From Vulcanimicrobiota bacterium (GTDB lineage: Bacteria; Vulcanimicrobiota; Vulcanimicrobiia; Vulcanimicrobiales; Vulcanimicrobiaceae), in the NCBI GenBank assembly GCA_963714015.1, contig OY970223.1, positions 896,001 to 960,000 on the forward strand: a DNA stretch of 64,000 bases, written 5' to 3'. The notes under the pieces are model-generated. The model worked only from the letters and a program-made list of their open reading frames with translations. It ran no database searches and was not told the DNA's origin. Both the position numbers and the translations under genes were made by a program. Position 1 is the stretch's first letter; the number at the start of each line of letters is the position of its first letter. Shown here one piece after another: positions 62,580 to 64,000 of the stretch.

Positions 62580-63626
62580 ACGGGCAGCGCGGACAAAGCA
62601 TCCCCATCTGGGCGTTCGGTACCCTGACGGCGCTCGTGCTGCTGGCCATGGCGCTCAACTACGGCTCGACGTTGCGCTGGCAGATTCGCGCGCAGAATGC
62701 TGCGGACGCTGCCGCGCGCGGCATGCTGGCCGTGCAAACCTCGCAATGGAACGAGACCATTGCCGACGTGCATGCAGCGGCAATCGAAGAATTTCGTTTG
62801 CGCGGCCATCATGAACGATCTGCTCGAGGTCATTCAGGGCAGCGGCGGGTGCGACGCCAAGCCGGGCGACAGCGGCCCGACGACGTGCAGCGCGATGTAC
62901 GCGAATTTGCGCCAGCAGTATTTAGACGGTTTGCAGCGCTACACGAACGACGTGCTGCTGCTCAATCGCATCGACTATCCTCAGCAAGACGATCAGATCT
63001 CGCAAATCAAAGCGGCGCTGCAGCTATATCAGAGTAATTGCGGCAAGGCAAACGGCGGCGATTGCGCCTTCAATTACTCCCTGGTCGCTGCCGCGCCGCG
63101 GCAGAACAGTTACGTCGAGGACGTGTACGCCGACTGCTGCGCGTTCGTCGTCGGCGGCGACACGACCGGCAATCCGAAAACCGATCTTTCGCCGCTCAAA
63201 CTCGAAGTCGTCGCTTGCGCAAACGTGCAGCCGGCATTCCCGTCGTTCTTTAAATTCGCACCGCAGCCGTATCAGGCCATCGGACGCGCCGCGGCGACCT
63301 CGATCATGGGTACGCAAGAGTTCTTTTACGTGGGATCGCTCGTGAACCCGGTAACGAACGAAGTCTTTCAGCCTAGTGAATTCCCGGAGAGCAGCAGCAA
63401 CTCGCCGATCTTCAAGAACGACGATCCGGGTTATCGCATCGACTACGGCGGCAATCCGAACGACCAGTACAACAATGGTAATCCCGCCGTTTCCGATGGA
63501 AAATGGGGCTTTACATACACGCCGGAAAACGCAGGTTTCATGGCGGGTACGGGCTGGTGGGAATCGATGGCCATCAAGCCGTTCTCGGGACAACTGACCA
63601 ATGGAGTGCAGTACACGTGCAAATGA
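62576..63626 (+). CDS. TadG-like pilus-associated protein; frameshift near 62805
   Basis: QRG|QSIPIW, TM helix, AQNAADAAA; continues in the 62697..63626 frame. Confidence 0.78.
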
Positions 63627-64000
63627 GCATGCACCGTCAGCGCGGCACGGCCATGGTCGAGAGCGCGATCTTTCTTCCGTTGTTCTTGCTGGTGCTCTTC
63701 GGCATCATCTGGGCGGTGCAGTCGAGCGTGCAGTCGGAGCGCGTGCAGATTGCCGTGCGCTACGGCGGCCTGGTTTCAAATGAAGCCGCACCGTACGTGG
63801 GCTACAGTCTGTACGGGCTTTACGTGCAAGCAGCGGCGCCGGCTATAACGAACGGCTGCATCGCACCGACGACCGATGCGCTCACGAACTCCGGCACGTT
63901 CCCGGGACCGCAATCGAACACGTTTTGGTCGCCGGAAAATGGTCAAACGAACGGCACGTGCAGCAAAGGTCAAGCGGTGCTTACAGGCGGCGATCTGAGC
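63623..64000 (+). CDS. TadE-like pseudopilin, 3'-partial
   Basis: ATGA overlap; QRG|TAMVESAIFLPLFLLVLFGII; open to the window end. Confidence 0.8.
   Translation, partial: MSMHRQRGTAMVESAIFLPLFLLVLFGIIWAVQSSVQSERVQIAVRYGGLVSNEAAPYVGYSLYGLYVQAAAPAITNGCIAPTTDALTNSGTFPGPQSNTFWSPENGQTNGTCSKGQAVLTGGDLS

Noticed and set aside
1..64000. Numerous Arg/Ala-rich alternative-frame ORFs, and tRNA/rRNA/transposase/integrase genes
   Set aside because: The alternative ORFs are high-GC shadows of confident genes; no RNA-gene or mobile-enzyme signatures were recognised by eye.

Overview
GC-rich bacterial chromosomal window of mostly core genes. The gene style (HAF and Vgb-like lipoproteins, divergent Tad locus with secretin) is reminiscent of Ca. 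Eremiobacterota, but that is inference only. In order: GAF membrane protein, fdhD, COG4280-type protein, YncE/phosphoesterase, ilvE, class A beta-lactamase-like hydrolase, BMP-type ABC transporter, DUF5069-AI-2E fusion plus arginase, zinc-ribbon plus desaturase, a hemC-hemB-mobA-hemL-hemA-hemD-DUF92 operon, ArnT, two TlpA proteins, a respiratory cluster (menG, polyprenyl synthase, tatAC, resB/ccsA, Rieske, cytochrome b-c fusion), rsmI-metG-DGC-tatD-S9 peptidase, a MalT/BTAD regulator, three GT-C-like membrane proteins and a divergent Tad/Flp pilus locus running off the end. Many genes carry 1-nt frameshifts, probably long-read errors. Best leads: (1) a glutaredoxin whose apparent TGA stop is followed by three codons, TAA and a SECIS-like hairpin, so probably a C-terminal selenoprotein; (2) a tandem palindromic repeat between cpaF and tadB whose units form short ORFs that may relay translational coupling; (3) fusions CpaE-CpaF, DUF5069-AI-2E and SirC-like remnant-HemC; (4) a long structured leader upstream of zinc-ribbon plus desaturase. 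No tRNA, rRNA, CRISPR or transposase was recognised.
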